Below are positions 53,509 through 64,000 of a DNA stretch of 64,000 nucleotides, piece after piece. The stretch is from contig DATGZA010000011.1 of the NCBI GenBank assembly GCA_035297365.1, positions 1 to 64,000 on the forward strand. The letters are read 5' to 3'. How positions within the stretch are numbered: the first letter of the stretch is position 1; each line of letters opens with the position of its first letter. The DNA is from Nitrososphaeraceae archaeon (GTDB lineage Archaea; Thermoproteota; Nitrososphaeria; Nitrososphaerales; Nitrososphaeraceae). The notes under the pieces are model-generated. The model saw only the letters and a program-made list of their open reading frames with translations, made no database searches and was not told the origin of the DNA. The translations under genes were made by a program, and so were the position numbers.

Positions 53509-54558
53509 TTATAATTTTTGCGGAGTAGTAATCAGCTTTCCAAACAATTGTGATTCCATCATTTTTATGTGACCCATTACCATATCTTCAAAAGGATAAA
53601 CTGTGTCTATTATGGCTTTTATTTTTCCTTTACTTGTCCATTTAATTACTTCTTCTAGTCCTGCACGTGTTCCTTGGGTAGCTCCGATAAGATTTAGTCC
53701 CTTAAAGAACAGATATCTCAAGTCTAATTTTGAATCATACCCTGTGGTGGCTCCTGTAGATACTAATGTACCTCCCATATTTAAGAGGCTAACTTCTTGT
53801 GCAAATACAGACTTTCCTATATGTTCAAAAATAATATCTACACCTTGATTATTTGTTAAAGTTCTAACTTTCTTATACCAATCCGACTCTCTATGATTTA
53901 CAACATGATGAGCACCTAATTCAAGGCATTTATCCATTTTTTCTTGTGTACCAGCTGTTGCAATAACATCACAATTAAACAACTTTGCAATTTGAATACC
54001 TGCTATTCCCATACCACTTCCACCTCCCATAATCAAAACTGTTTGCCCTGGTTGAATATTAGCTCTAGTAACTAACATGTGCCAAGCTGTCATTCCAACC
54101 ATAGAAATAGCTGCTGCATCTTGAAAAGAGATATTATCTGGGATTTTTATAACGTTGACTTCTGGTAAATATGTATATTGAGCAAACCCTCCCCATAAAG
54201 GACCAGTTTGAAAACCCCATACTTGTCTTTGACGGCAATCATATTCTTTGCCAGCAGTACAGTCCTTACATATTCTACAGGTTAGATTGGGATGTCCTAC
54301 TATTCGGTCTCCTTTTTTAATATCTAAAATATTTTCTCCAATATCCACTACTGTTCCAGAAACATCACTTCCAGAAATGTGAGGAAGAGGAATCTTAATT
54401 GGTTCTCCCCAGATTCCCCAAAGATCATTGTAATTATAAGAGACTGCTTCAACTTTTATAAGAACTTGATTATGCTTGATTTTTGGGATTTCTATATCTT
54501 CTATTTTTACAACTTTTCTTGGATCCTTATTATGCTCACGATATACAGCTGCTTTCAT
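53509..54558 (-). CDS. Zinc-binding MDR alcohol dehydrogenase/quinone oxidoreductase
   Basis: PHISGSDVSG, C..C..C...C, GGGSGMG and FGKL. Confidence 0.92.
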   Translation of the reverse strand: MKAAVYREHNKDPRKVVKIEDIEIPKIKHNQVLIKVEAVSYNYNDLWGIWGEPIKIPLPHISGSDVSGTVVDIGENILDIKKGDRIVGHPNLTCRICKDCTAGKEYDCRQRQVWGFQTGPLWGGFAQYTYLPEVNVIKIPDNISFQDAAAISMVGMTAWHMLVTRANIQPGQTVLIMGGGSGMGIAGIQIAKLFNCDVIATAGTQEKMDKCLELGAHHVVNHRESDWYKKVRTLTNNQGVDIIFEHIGKSVFAQEVSLLNMGGTLVSTGATTGYDSKLDLRYLFFKGLNLIGATQGTRAGLEEVIKWTSKGKIKAIIDTVYPFEDMVMGHIKMMESQLFGKLITTPQKL

Positions 54559-54670
54559 GTCACTAAAAAATACAATGTGAAATTTAAAGAATAGGTTTTT
54601 AAAGTATTGTAAAAAAATCTACAAATAGAAACTAGTAATAGCAATATTATAGAAATAAAAAGCAGTTAAA

Positions 54671-55628
54671 TTAATCTTCAAGAAATGTATTTATCACTTT
54701 AATTAATCTTTCAGGGTACTGAAACATCAACGCATGACCACCATCCTTGAAGTGTGCTAGCCATGCTCCTGGAATTTTCTCTATAAGTATCATAGAATTA
54801 GCAGATGATAAGACAAGATCATTAGTTCCTGTCACTACAAGAGTATCTTGTGATATATCTTTTAATTGATCACATATTCCTTCAGACGAGAAAATTACGT
54901 CTGCTTGTCTTTTAAGAATCTCAGCAGGTGGTAACTCAAATGAGGCAAATTTTTCCAAGTAATCCGTATTTTGTTTTATCCAATCTTGAGTAAATAGTAG
55001 AGGAATAATTCGTTTCTTTAAATCGTCAGTAGAAGCAGATTGATTTGTCACTTGATTAAACATGTCTGGATTTGGTGGAGTTGATTGATTTCCACCACAA
55101 TAAGAAACATATATTATTAAATCATCAACTTTGCCTTGATAGTTTGATGCTAATTTCTGGGCAATCATTCCACCCAATGAATATCCCAAGATGTCAAATT
55201 TGTTAATCTTAAGAGCATCTAGTAATCCTATACTATCCTTTACAAATTGATCAATTGAGAAATTTTTAGATCCTACAGTAGTGTTACCAATACCATGGTT
55301 ATCAAAAACTATGACTGTATGATTTACAGATAATCCTTTCAAAAAATAGGATCCAGTCATTCATAGATCCCGCATATCCTATTATTAGTAAAATTGGATC
55401 TCCTTTGTTAAAGATTTTATATGAAATATCTCTATCTCCAACTTTAATTTGCTTGGATAGATTATTATCTAATTTGCTTATGTTACTATTATTGACTGAA
55501 TTTATAATTTGACCATAAATTAAAACTGGATGATAGTAATTACCAATCATTACCAAACCAAGAGTAATGGTTACAGCAATAATTACTACAATATTGAATT
55601 GCGAAATCATTATCATTATTATCTTCAT
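54671..55628 (-). pseudogene. Secreted alpha/beta hydrolase split by a frameshift near 55350
   Basis: GDPILLIIGYAGSMNDW joins FLKGLSVNHTVIVFDNHGIG; GYSLGG nucleophile, GTNDLV and GGHALMFQ. Confidence 0.85.
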
Positions 55629-55688
55629 CCTCCTTGTTTTTTAATTGACGTACATTATTCGTCTACTTTTTCAAGAACTTCTATGTTG

Positions 55689-55997
55689 TTATTCGGAAAA
55701 AAGAATTTTCCGTTTGCTGAATATGACGAATAAGGTCCAAAAAATACCACTAACCCTGTCTTTAGAACGGCGAATTTCATGTCCGCGAAATTTCGTAGTA
55801 TCTTGACGATCCTTGGTACAAAATAGACCTTGCTCTTCAACATATCTTAGATTTTTTTCCAAGCAAATGATCCAATATGCTGCTATTTCTGCAACCTCAA
55901 TATCTTTATCTTTAAAGTTTGCTCCTATTAGAGAATATTCTAATTTGTATTCATCTAGATAAGATTCTAGAACCTGGAAGTTTACTTTTTCCTTCAC
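55689..55997 (-). CDS. Hypothetical protein
   Basis: 102-aa ORF with GTG start; no family recognised. Confidence 0.45.
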   Translation of the reverse strand: MKEKVNFQVLESYLDEYKLEYSLIGANFKDKDIEVAEIAAYWIICLEKNLRYVEEQGLFCTKDRQDTTKFRGHEIRRSKDRVSGIFWTLFVIFSKRKILFSE

Positions 55998-56222
55998 ATA
56001 ACAAGTTACCTAACATACTTAGTCGTTAATTTATTTAATTGTTTCATTTTTATAAAATATATAGTTTGCAATATTTTGTTTTCTAAAACATTAGCAGAAT
56101 CAGAATCAATATTTAATTCTTCATTAAAGATAACAAGAAAAATCTAAGAAGCAAATGGTCAAGGAGAGTAAATGATTAAGAACTATTAAATAATCACAAA
56201 AATAATTTGGGACTGATCTATT

Positions 56223-56633
56223 TTAATTAAATTTGTCGAGTAAAGATGATTTACATGGTATGGAATAGGTTACGTTTACTTCGACCCCATTATCATCCTT
56301 CATATAATCATTATTTTTATCATCAAAAAAACTTATCACATAGTCATCACGATAGATATCATCTGCTATTACATAATCGTCAAAACCACCAGTATTATTT
56401 GTAGCAAAATAACCGTACGGATCAACAAATCCAGTTGAATTAATGAATTCCCAGTAAACGTTACCATCTCTATTGAATCCATTTACTGTGAAATTTACTC
56501 TATGATCTGACAATTTTCCACATTCCGGAGAGACTTGAACGATTGGTTTAATAGCATAAATCGTATTATGTTCAGGAAGAGTATTTAGTGCAAAGACAAT
56601 TATTGTAATCAATGGAAAAAGCAAAAGTTTCAT
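56223..56633 (-). CDS. Secreted Ig-like hypothetical protein
   Basis: Signal peptide; VSPECG...GF..GYFATNNTGGF...IPC. Confidence 0.75.
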   Translation of the reverse strand: MKLLLFPLITIIVFALNTLPEHNTIYAIKPIVQVSPECGKLSDHRVNFTVNGFNRDGNVYWEFINSTGFVDPYGYFATNNTGGFDDYVIADDIYRDDYVISFFDDKNNDYMKDDNGVEVNVTYSIPCKSSLLDKFN

Positions 56634-57074
56634 AGGTTTTTCTGTGTATCGTCTATTTTAAATATTACTATATGGTTTAAAAAAAACAACCCATCATTAA
56701 AGAAAATAAAAAAGATATACATGGTAAAAATCTTCCTGTTCCTTTCAAACTTATCTGTTTAAAGAAAGAAAATTAAATTTCTTTATCTAAAACTATAGGA
56801 TTTAATATCTTATGATTAGTTTATTATTAAAAATTTAAATAATATATAAGAACATCATTTGATAGTAATATCGCTAGAGTAATTATAAGTTGATTAATTA
56901 ATTAGGTCAGTAAAAGAAGAAAAAGAGGATTTTCGCTTCATGCTTGACAATCTAAATCCCCCCATGTGTCTGTCCGTCACGATTATTGTCTATCCCATCA
57001 TTACAGAAACGAGATTCACTTGTTGGTGGGTCAATTACTCCCTCATATGCTAGACACTCTATTATGACACTGAT

Positions 57075-57296
57075 CTATTGTACGGTCAATCCTGATATAT
57101 TTTCAATAATCTGTATTAGCTGAGGAGTTTCTTGATCACTGTTTGGTGTATCAGGCAGAGGGTAACACAATATTTCAATTGATATTACTCTAGCAAGTGA
57201 TAATAGACATTCAATTTGCGTTTCGCTTAGAATTGAAAAGCAATCTTCACATGTTTGTTCTTCTGGGTTTATATTATCAATAAATGATTTGTTCAA
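57075..57296 (-). pseudogene. Fragment of a Cys-containing secreted-protein C-terminal domain
   Basis: EQTCEDCFSILSETQI; no clear start or signal peptide. Confidence 0.4.
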
Positions 57297-57389
57297 ATTA
57301 CAGTCTAATATTATTTCTAACAGAACAAGTTAGCACTATACATTATGATTAGGCACTAGTTTATATATTGTAAAATAGTAGGATATAGT

Positions 57390-57569
57390 ATGAATTTAGA
57401 GAACATAACTTACAAGATAAAGTGCTCATTTTGCCAAAATGATTTAAAGTATGTTGTCAGCAAAGAAAAAGACGATCATTTAAGAATGGAAATCTATTCA
57501 TGTTTGTTTTGCAATATAACGTATAACGAATATCCAAGAATAATCAAAGCCTCTAAAAGAGTAGAGTAG
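57390..57569 (+). CDS. 59-aa zinc-ribbon microprotein
   Basis: MNLENITYKIKCSFCQ...YSCLFCNITYNEYPR...; TATA (TTTATATA) about 25 bp upstream; not in the track. Confidence 0.7.
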   Translation: MNLENITYKIKCSFCQNDLKYVVSKEKDDHLRMEIYSCLFCNITYNEYPRIIKASKRVE

Positions 57570-57656
57570 GAAAAGAATGACCTTAAATCTTTTCTATTCT
57601 TTTTCCATTTCTCCGAAAAGGCAATTCTTGTACCAGTAAAGAAAAATATTTTATAG

Positions 57657-57845
57657 ATGGTAGGCGGAACATATGGAATAACGGGTTTAGGTGTGATCGG
57701 CGGCGGTCAAATATTTGGTGTTGTGATTGTGGCATTAGGTGGAGTTGCAATGGTTTCTGCTTTAATAGTGGAATATCAAATCAAAAGAACGACATTAGAC
57801 ACACAACCAATAGTTATCAATTTAAATTATATTAGAAAGATATAG
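57657..57845 (+). CDS. Small Gly-rich membrane protein
   Basis: GGTYG.TGLG..GGGQI...LGG.AM.S.L; paralog of 59859. Confidence 0.65.
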   Translation: MVGGTYGITGLGVIGGGQIFGVVIVALGGVAMVSALIVEYQIKRTTLDTQPIVINLNYIRKI

Positions 57846-58057
57846 AAATGTGAATATATAGTGCCTAATTTGATAATCAGATTAATAATTGAAATAAATT
57901 ATCTCTTATCATTTATTTATAGTGAATAAAAATAACTACTGATAATTCTTCAAAAATATTTATAAAGAGATCAATAATACCTTGTAATGTAAATGATCTT
58001 TTTGATTATCATGCACGAAATGGTGCACTAGAAAGACTTATTCCTCCTTGGAGCGGT

Positions 58058-59359
58058 TTGAACATAGTTAGTCAAAAAGGAGGAATCGATAATGATGCTA
58101 TCTCAATTTTTCGAATAAATATTGGTGCTCCAGTAAGTTTCAAATGGGTTGCTAAACATTTTGGTTATATTCACAATAAACAATTTCAGGATAAAATGAT
58201 AAAAGGTCCATTCAAAAAATGGATTCATACTCATTCTTTTATATCTCAAGGATCAAATCAATGCATTATAGAAGATAAAATAGATTATGCTCTAAAATTT
58301 GATAAAATAGGATCTAAAATATTACAAAAAAGAATTCAAAATTACTTGAATCAATTATTTCTTTATCGTTATCGCATTTTAGTTAATGATATCTATTTTG
58401 AAAAAATAGGATTAGAAAAAGGAAAAAAAATTCTTATTACAGGCTCTCATGGATTGATAGGATCTGCTCTTATCCCATTATTAATTAACGTAGGTAAACA
58501 CAATGTTACTTATCTTGTAAGACCTAATAAAAATAAATATTCTACCTCAAATAAAGGTTATAAAAATATAATATATTGGGATCCTAAGCATAAAAAATTA
58601 AATCATCATGAACTGGAAGGATTTGATATAATCATTCATCTCGCAGGCGAAAATATATTTGGAAGATGGACAAATATAAAGAAAAACAAAATATCAGATA
58701 GCCGTATTAAAAGTACAACTCTTTTATCTGAATCTTTATCAAAGCTCTCAAATCCTCCATCATTATTAATATGTGCTTCAGCAATTGGATATTATGGTAA
58801 TAGACCTAATGAATCTTTAACAGAGGATAGTAGTCCAGGAAAGGGATTTCTGTCTGAAGTATGTCAAAAATGGGAAAATGCAACAAAAGATGCAACTGAG
58901 ATAGGAATAAGAGTAGTAAATACACGTTTTGGCATGGTATTAACGCCAAAAGGAGGTATTTTACAAAAATTAGTTGGACCTTTTAAATTAGGTTTAGGAA
59001 TAACAATTGGTGGAAATAAAGATCAATTTATTAGCTGGATCTCAATAGAAGATGTTATAAAAAGTATATTTTATTCAATAACAAATACATCAATTAGAGG
59101 AGCTATTAACATCGTGTCTCCTCATCCAGTAACACATTTAGAATTTTCAAATACACTCAAAAAAATACTCAATCCTAAATTATCAATCTCAATAAATCCA
59201 AATATAACCAAACTAATTTTTGGGCAAATGTCTGATGAATTACTATCTACAGATACCTATGTTATTCCTAAAAAATTAATTTCAATTGGATACAAATTTT
59301 TTAATCTAGAATTGGAGGATACTCTTAGATTCTTACTTGGAAAAATGGAATTAAAATAA
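58058..59359 (+). CDS. SRPBCC plus TIGR01777-type NAD-dependent epimerase fusion
   Basis: GPFKKWIHTHSF, ILITGSHGLIG, HLAGENI and ASAIGYYG; frame extends upstream to 57932 (FDYHARNGALERLIPPW). Confidence 0.9.
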   Translation: MNIVSQKGGIDNDAISIFRINIGAPVSFKWVAKHFGYIHNKQFQDKMIKGPFKKWIHTHSFISQGSNQCIIEDKIDYALKFDKIGSKILQKRIQNYLNQLFLYRYRILVNDIYFEKIGLEKGKKILITGSHGLIGSALIPLLINVGKHNVTYLVRPNKNKYSTSNKGYKNIIYWDPKHKKLNHHELEGFDIIIHLAGENIFGRWTNIKKNKISDSRIKSTTLLSESLSKLSNPPSLLICASAIGYYGNRPNESLTEDSSPGKGFLSEVCQKWENATKDATEIGIRVVNTRFGMVLTPKGGILQKLVGPFKLGLGITIGGNKDQFISWISIEDVIKSIFYSITNTSIRGAINIVSPHPVTHLEFSNTLKKILNPKLSISINPNITKLIFGQMSDELLSTDTYVIPKKLISIGYKFFNLELEDTLRFLLGKMELK

Positions 59360-59858
59360 TATACAAGATTTGTATTTAACTATCTAACGATACTTTTTAT
59401 TTTTAAAACAAACCTTCAAATGCAAATTAGATTCAGTTATTAATACATTACAAAGGTTATGGATTTCTATCTATACTTGAGCCTTTTACCAATCCATAGC
59501 CAAATGAAATTTTGAAATGATTTTATAAATATGATGTAAATTATAAATTTTAGATTTTGTCTCTAATATCTCTAAGATACTTTTACAATGACCAAAATTC
59601 AACAATCAGGCGATGATAAAAAGCATACTTTGTACTATCATTCAAATAAACAAGTTTTTAAACAGGACAGCTTTTACTATTGATTGCTACGGAGTAAAAT
59701 GAATTTTTTGCATGGTTATGTGTATTATATTGCAGCGTCTGTAATATCCATCATCTATGTCTATAATATTGTGCCCAAGCATTTTTCTTATAGGATAAGT
59801 TAGCACTATAAAATAAAATTACCACTAGTTTATATATTGCAGAATGTTATAAGATTGT

Positions 59859-60059
59859 ATGAACATAATAAAAAATACGACTTATGGTCTTATAGGAGGA
59901 ACATACGGGGTGGCTGGCTTAGGTGCATTAGATGGTGGACAAATTTTGGCAATTGCAAGTTTAACATTAGGTGGGTTAGCAATGATTAGTGGTTTGATAT
60001 TTAGAAACCAATTACAGAGAAAGAAATTAGATACAAAAGTAGCAATGGAAATGAGATAA
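59859..60059 (+). CDS. Small Gly-rich membrane protein (paralog of 57657)
   Basis: GGTYGVAGLGALDGGQI...LGGLAMISGL. Confidence 0.7.
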   Translation: MNIIKNTTYGLIGGTYGVAGLGALDGGQILAIASLTLGGLAMISGLIFRNQLQRKKLDTKVAMEMR

Positions 60060-60520
60060 TAGAAAACAATCACCGTGAATAACCAAATTTAATATATTTT
60101 TTATTATGTGCTAGTTTGTTGGTTCTAAGATGTTTCAATTATTTTAATTTCTTAATTGTGTAGACCATTAAAAGATATACTTGTTTATCCATAAATAGTC
60201 ATTCCAAATAGTAATTCATTTTTCCTCGAGATCTTCTTGTTTTTTATCTTGTACTAAAAAAATATAATAATTTGTTCTTTCTGTTGTAAATTCATTAGAT
60301 TAGCGTCAATAAATTCCGAAAAACTTAAGAACCTTTAGAATATTACTTTGGTATCATTAAGTCCTACCTGTTCTCATATATTCATAAAATTCAATTAACA
60401 AACTTGAATTTGACTTGTTGTCTAGTTTTCTAACTTTTTCAAAAGTATCTTTGAGTTTTGTAGGGCATTTTGGACCTGTAATATTATCTTCCAATTGGTA
60501 GTATACGAGCCCAATTGGTT

Positions 60521-60564
60521 GACGGGCTCTGAGAATAGTCAACTGTTTTTGACTCAATTTTGTA
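60521..60564 (+). repeat. Dispersed GTCAA-N6-TTGAC element, copy E
   Basis: GACGGGCTCTGAGAATAGTCAA CTGTTT TTGACTCAATTTTGTA. Confidence 0.85.
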
Positions 60565-60714
60565 TTTTGGAAACCAAAAAATTAGGAGATCGTCAAATAC
60601 TTTTATTATTTCCACATTCAATTGAATTATTATCATTTTCTTTTACTTTATTATATCTGCATTTTTTATTCTTATCTACTTCTATTATTACTGTTCCAAG
60701 GCCACGAAAATGAT

Positions 60715-61480
60715 TTCCTATCATATCAAGATTAATTAATCGAAATATTTGGATGCCATTTTCTTTGACATATTGTGCGTAGTGCTCCGATCCGATAGAC
60801 TTTGTTCTTCACCAGAGAATAGAACAAATTGAATACCATCTTTCATCTGTTTTTGCCTATATAGTATAATAAGCAATTTCTAAAATTACACTTACGCCAT
60901 TGGCATTATCATTTGCCCCTGGATCTCTTGAAATAGCATCATTAGGGGCTTTACCTAAAATTGTATCATAGCAAGAACAAATTAAAATGTATTTGTTATC
61001 ATTACCCACTTTAGTACATATAACATTTTTGAGATTATACCCACCATTATTAATATATGACTTGTAGACATCAATAATAAACATCTTGATACCCTATATT
61101 TTTGAATTCAGCCATTAGCCAATCAGCTGCTTTATTGATGTATGTAGATTTACTATGTATATTATGAAACAAGGTTAGATAATTTAATTTTGTTTTTATA
61201 TTTTCCAATGAAACTTCCTAATAATGATATAACGTCATCATCCAATTTTTTTTCAGAATTTTGTATGTCGATTATAATTGTTTTCGTATTTCTAATTCTT
61301 TTATCTATTTTAAGATTTTTACATATGTTAATTCAACAGTATATTTTACTCATGAACTTTTTATTATCATCCGCTATTCTGTCATTATCTATTTGTTTAT
61401 TAAAAAAGGATCTTAAAATTTCGTCTTTTTTGTGAATTGCAATCGGGTTCTTAGAATCAATATTAATTTCTGGCATGCGA
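60715..61480 (-). pseudogene. M28 family peptidase, decayed
   Basis: NVIC, CYDT, PGANDNANGVSVILEIA, IQFVLFSGEEQ and LINLDMIG lie in disrupted frames. Confidence 0.75.
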
Positions 61481-61608
61481 ATGTTTTTGTCTTAATATAA
61501 AGTCTATTTGTGAGTAAATAGAAAATACTTTTATGTTAAAATTTACAATCTTTTAGATGCCAAAAAGTTTTTTAGCAATAAAAATGCCTATAGAATTGTA
61601 ATAATTAA

Positions 61609-61806
61609 TTAGAACTCTTCATCATTTTCTTCATCTTTTGGTTTACTCCAATAAAAGACATTTGCAGTACCACATCTTCTACATTTGTTCGTTGACTTTA
61701 CATAATCCTTCCAGTTTAACACTTTTCTATCAACTATAGTATGGACTTTGTCTGGTTGGATGACAACAATCTCTGCTTCGCACTTCCTGCAGGTAACTAC
61801 ACTCAT
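61609..61806 (-). CDS. Small zinc-ribbon protein
   Basis: CRKC...PDKVH...CRRC. Confidence 0.7.
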   Translation of the reverse strand: MSVVTCRKCEAEIVVIQPDKVHTIVDRKVLNWKDYVKSTNKCRRCGTANVFYWSKPKDEENDEEF

Positions 61807-62148
61807 GATGATAATACAATATGATTTGGTTACCCATCTATCTATCTTTGTTTTTAAAAATTCAAGTCGTAGCTAGCATCAAAGAATTTGGATCACTATA
61901 ACTTTAAATAAATTCTGTTATAAAAAAATAAACTACATTGTGATAATTACATTTACCCTAAACTCTATATAGGAAACTTGACTTATTTCCGGAACGAAGA
62001 TGCTGAGTAATTTATTTTATCCCTTGTACTCCGAATTACCAAAAAATGATGATATGCTAAATATATTTATCGATGATTCATTAGATATTTTTATTTTTGA
62101 AGTTCTAAAGAAAATTTTAAAAAAAGATACTTTGTTATATGATTTACA

Positions 62149-62781
62149 TTGAATAAAAAAATTCCATTAATTGTTGGAATTCTTATTTTTGATGATGTAG
62201 AGATCTTAGATGTTGCTGGACCTTTTGAGGTATTTGCTGTCACTCGTTTAAATGAAGAACAACGAGTAAAGCAATCGTCACCATTTAAAGTATATTTAAT
62301 AGCTGAAAAGAATAAACAAATTACAGCAATTGGTGGTCTACGTTTAACTCCTGATGTAACCATTAGTGAATGTCCGGAATTGGATTTATTGATAGTACCT
62401 GGTGGATGGGGTACGCGTAAAGAATCAAAAAATAAAATTCTTTTAAATTGGATAAGTAATCAATTTAATACTATTACTAATGATAAATTGATTGCCTCAG
62501 TTTGTACGGGATCTAGTATTCTTGGAAAAGCAGGCTTGTTAGATGGACGAGATGCAACCACTCATTGGCGAGCTTTTGATTTCCTGCGGGAGTCTGCACC
62601 GAAAGCACGAATTCTCGAAAATGTTAGATTTACATTGACTGAACCCATATTTACATCTGCTGGTGTATCTGCTGGAATAGATTTAGCTCTTCGTATAGTA
62701 AGTCATTTTTTTGGAACTGAAATAGGACAAACTACTGCTCGCCAAATGGAATATCCTTATCCTACTAGTGACCAAAGATGA
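62149..62781 (+). CDS. DJ-1/PfpI family protein (isonitrile hydratase-like)
   Basis: EILDVAGPFEVF, VPGG, SVCTGS, ATTHW and TSAGVSAGID. Confidence 0.92.
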   Translation: MNKKIPLIVGILIFDDVEILDVAGPFEVFAVTRLNEEQRVKQSSPFKVYLIAEKNKQITAIGGLRLTPDVTISECPELDLLIVPGGWGTRKESKNKILLNWISNQFNTITNDKLIASVCTGSSILGKAGLLDGRDATTHWRAFDFLRESAPKARILENVRFTLTEPIFTSAGVSAGIDLALRIVSHFFGTEIGQTTARQMEYPYPTSDQR

Positions 62782-63669
62782 TAATCTAATAAATTTTGTT
62801 AATCTATAATGAGATTGGAAATAAAGTAAATCTATCACTAAACAAAATGAGCTATCTGATTTTGTTACTGTTATCGAATTTGAGAATATGATAAAGGAGA
62901 TGATAATAAAAGCATCGTTGTATAACTGGTTTCAAAGTATAACTATCAAAAGATTAAAACTTTTGGGAAAAGACGATTATTATATAATCTTCTAAATAGG
63001 GTTCTGTAAACTATTTGTCGGATAAAATATAGTATAAAAATTCGTCGGATTCATCATATAAATTTTTATATTTGAATTAGAATAATTTTTTCGACATAAT
63101 TGATAGTGTACTAAATCAACCAAAAATATTCCTCGTTGTAAAGTATCTATTGTATCGAAAATTTAGTATTTATTGTGAAAATCAAAATAATTCTTAGTTA
63201 TCTGAACTCTTTCTAGATTTAAATCTGGTATTAATTGCTATCCTGTATTGATTTCAATTAACAAGAATTGTAAATCTATTGCAGATGCTTTTCTGTCTTC
63301 TTTAAAATCAACATAAGTTGCAAATTGAGTGGAGTCGCCTTTATTACTAAATAAAATAATACTTATGTTAGGATTTTGTAAATCGACTGAAAATCTGCAT
63401 AAGCAAATTGAACTTCTTTAAACTGAAAATATTCTTCTGTTAACCTTCTTTTAATTTTCTCTTTAATAATTAAAGCATATACATATATTCTACTAATTCA
63501 CGATAAAATTATTGATAATTAATTACACTAATATTAAAAAATATGATAGGGTTATCGAATTAAAGTTCCGCTCATTGAATAGGTTTATTCTTTCAAAATT
63601 TTAGCATTCGAACATGAAGACAGATTCATGGAAATTAATAAACGATTTGTAAAGAGGTAATATTTTATA

Positions 63670-64000
63670 ATGAACAATTACAATAAAGTAAAAATAGATT
63701 TTTCTCTAAAGAGAGAAATATTTTTTGTAATAGTTGGCGCTATCGTAGGTGCAATTGTTTTTGTTATTCCTAAAGCAATTTTTGAAGTAGTAATGGGAAT
63801 GCCTTATTACTTATCATGGATCGTATTTGGACATGTCATTGGAGTATATTCATCAAATGTAATCGTAGCAGGTATAGGGATACATATGTTAACTGCTATT
63901 TCAATCGGAGTGGTGGTAGGCATCTTTTTGTATAAAACTGGAATATTAAATATTAGTAAGCCATCCAATGGAATAATATATGGAATCTTTGCCGGTACTA
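63670..64000 (+). CDS. Polytopic membrane protein, 5' part (runs off the window)
   Basis: ATG63670 frame is open to the edge: ...VIVGAIVGAIVFVIP...PYYLSWIVFGH...IHMLTAISIG. Confidence 0.75.
   Translation, partial: MNNYNKVKIDFSLKREIFFVIVGAIVGAIVFVIPKAIFEVVMGMPYYLSWIVFGHVIGVYSSNVIVAGIGIHMLTAISIGVVVGIFLYKTGILNISKPSNGIIYGIFAGT

Noticed and set aside
40411-60564. Dispersed ~30-bp repeats as a CRISPR array
   Set aside because: Copies are 2-10 kb apart and no cas genes are present

Overview
AT-rich archaeal chromosomal window. The gene content best fits a soil ammonia-oxidising archaeon (Nitrososphaeraceae); this is inferred from the protein families. It is an accessory-type region with many lineage-specific secreted and membrane proteins, decayed genes and IS6-family remnants. 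No rRNA, tRNA or CRISPR array was recognised. Recognisable genes include trxA, an HtrA-like protease, a PolB2 DNA polymerase locus, a MoxR-DUF58-VWA operon, an Lrp/AsnC-GAF regulator, VOC and MBL enzymes, a polysaccharide deacetylase, PPK2, a GT2 and DJ-1/PfpI. Five candidates for undescribed biology stand out. (1) A five-gene divergon encodes a nuclease with a PIP-box-like tail, an inactive RadA-like protein, two small helical paralogs and PolB2, with a palindromic operator; it resembles a bacterial ImuABC/MmcB mutasome. (2) A polytopic membrane protein with a cytoplasmic helical tail occurs in 3 copies, 2 of them paired with a Cys-containing secreted protein. (3) Five co-oriented copies of a GTCAA-N6-TTGAC site have tyrosine-recombinase-like geometry. 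(4) The 14-mer AATATCGCTAGAGT occurs five times between genes. (5) An Lrp-GAF regulator shares a palindromic operator with its neighbouring operon. All functional calls come from motif recognition by eye; no searches were run.
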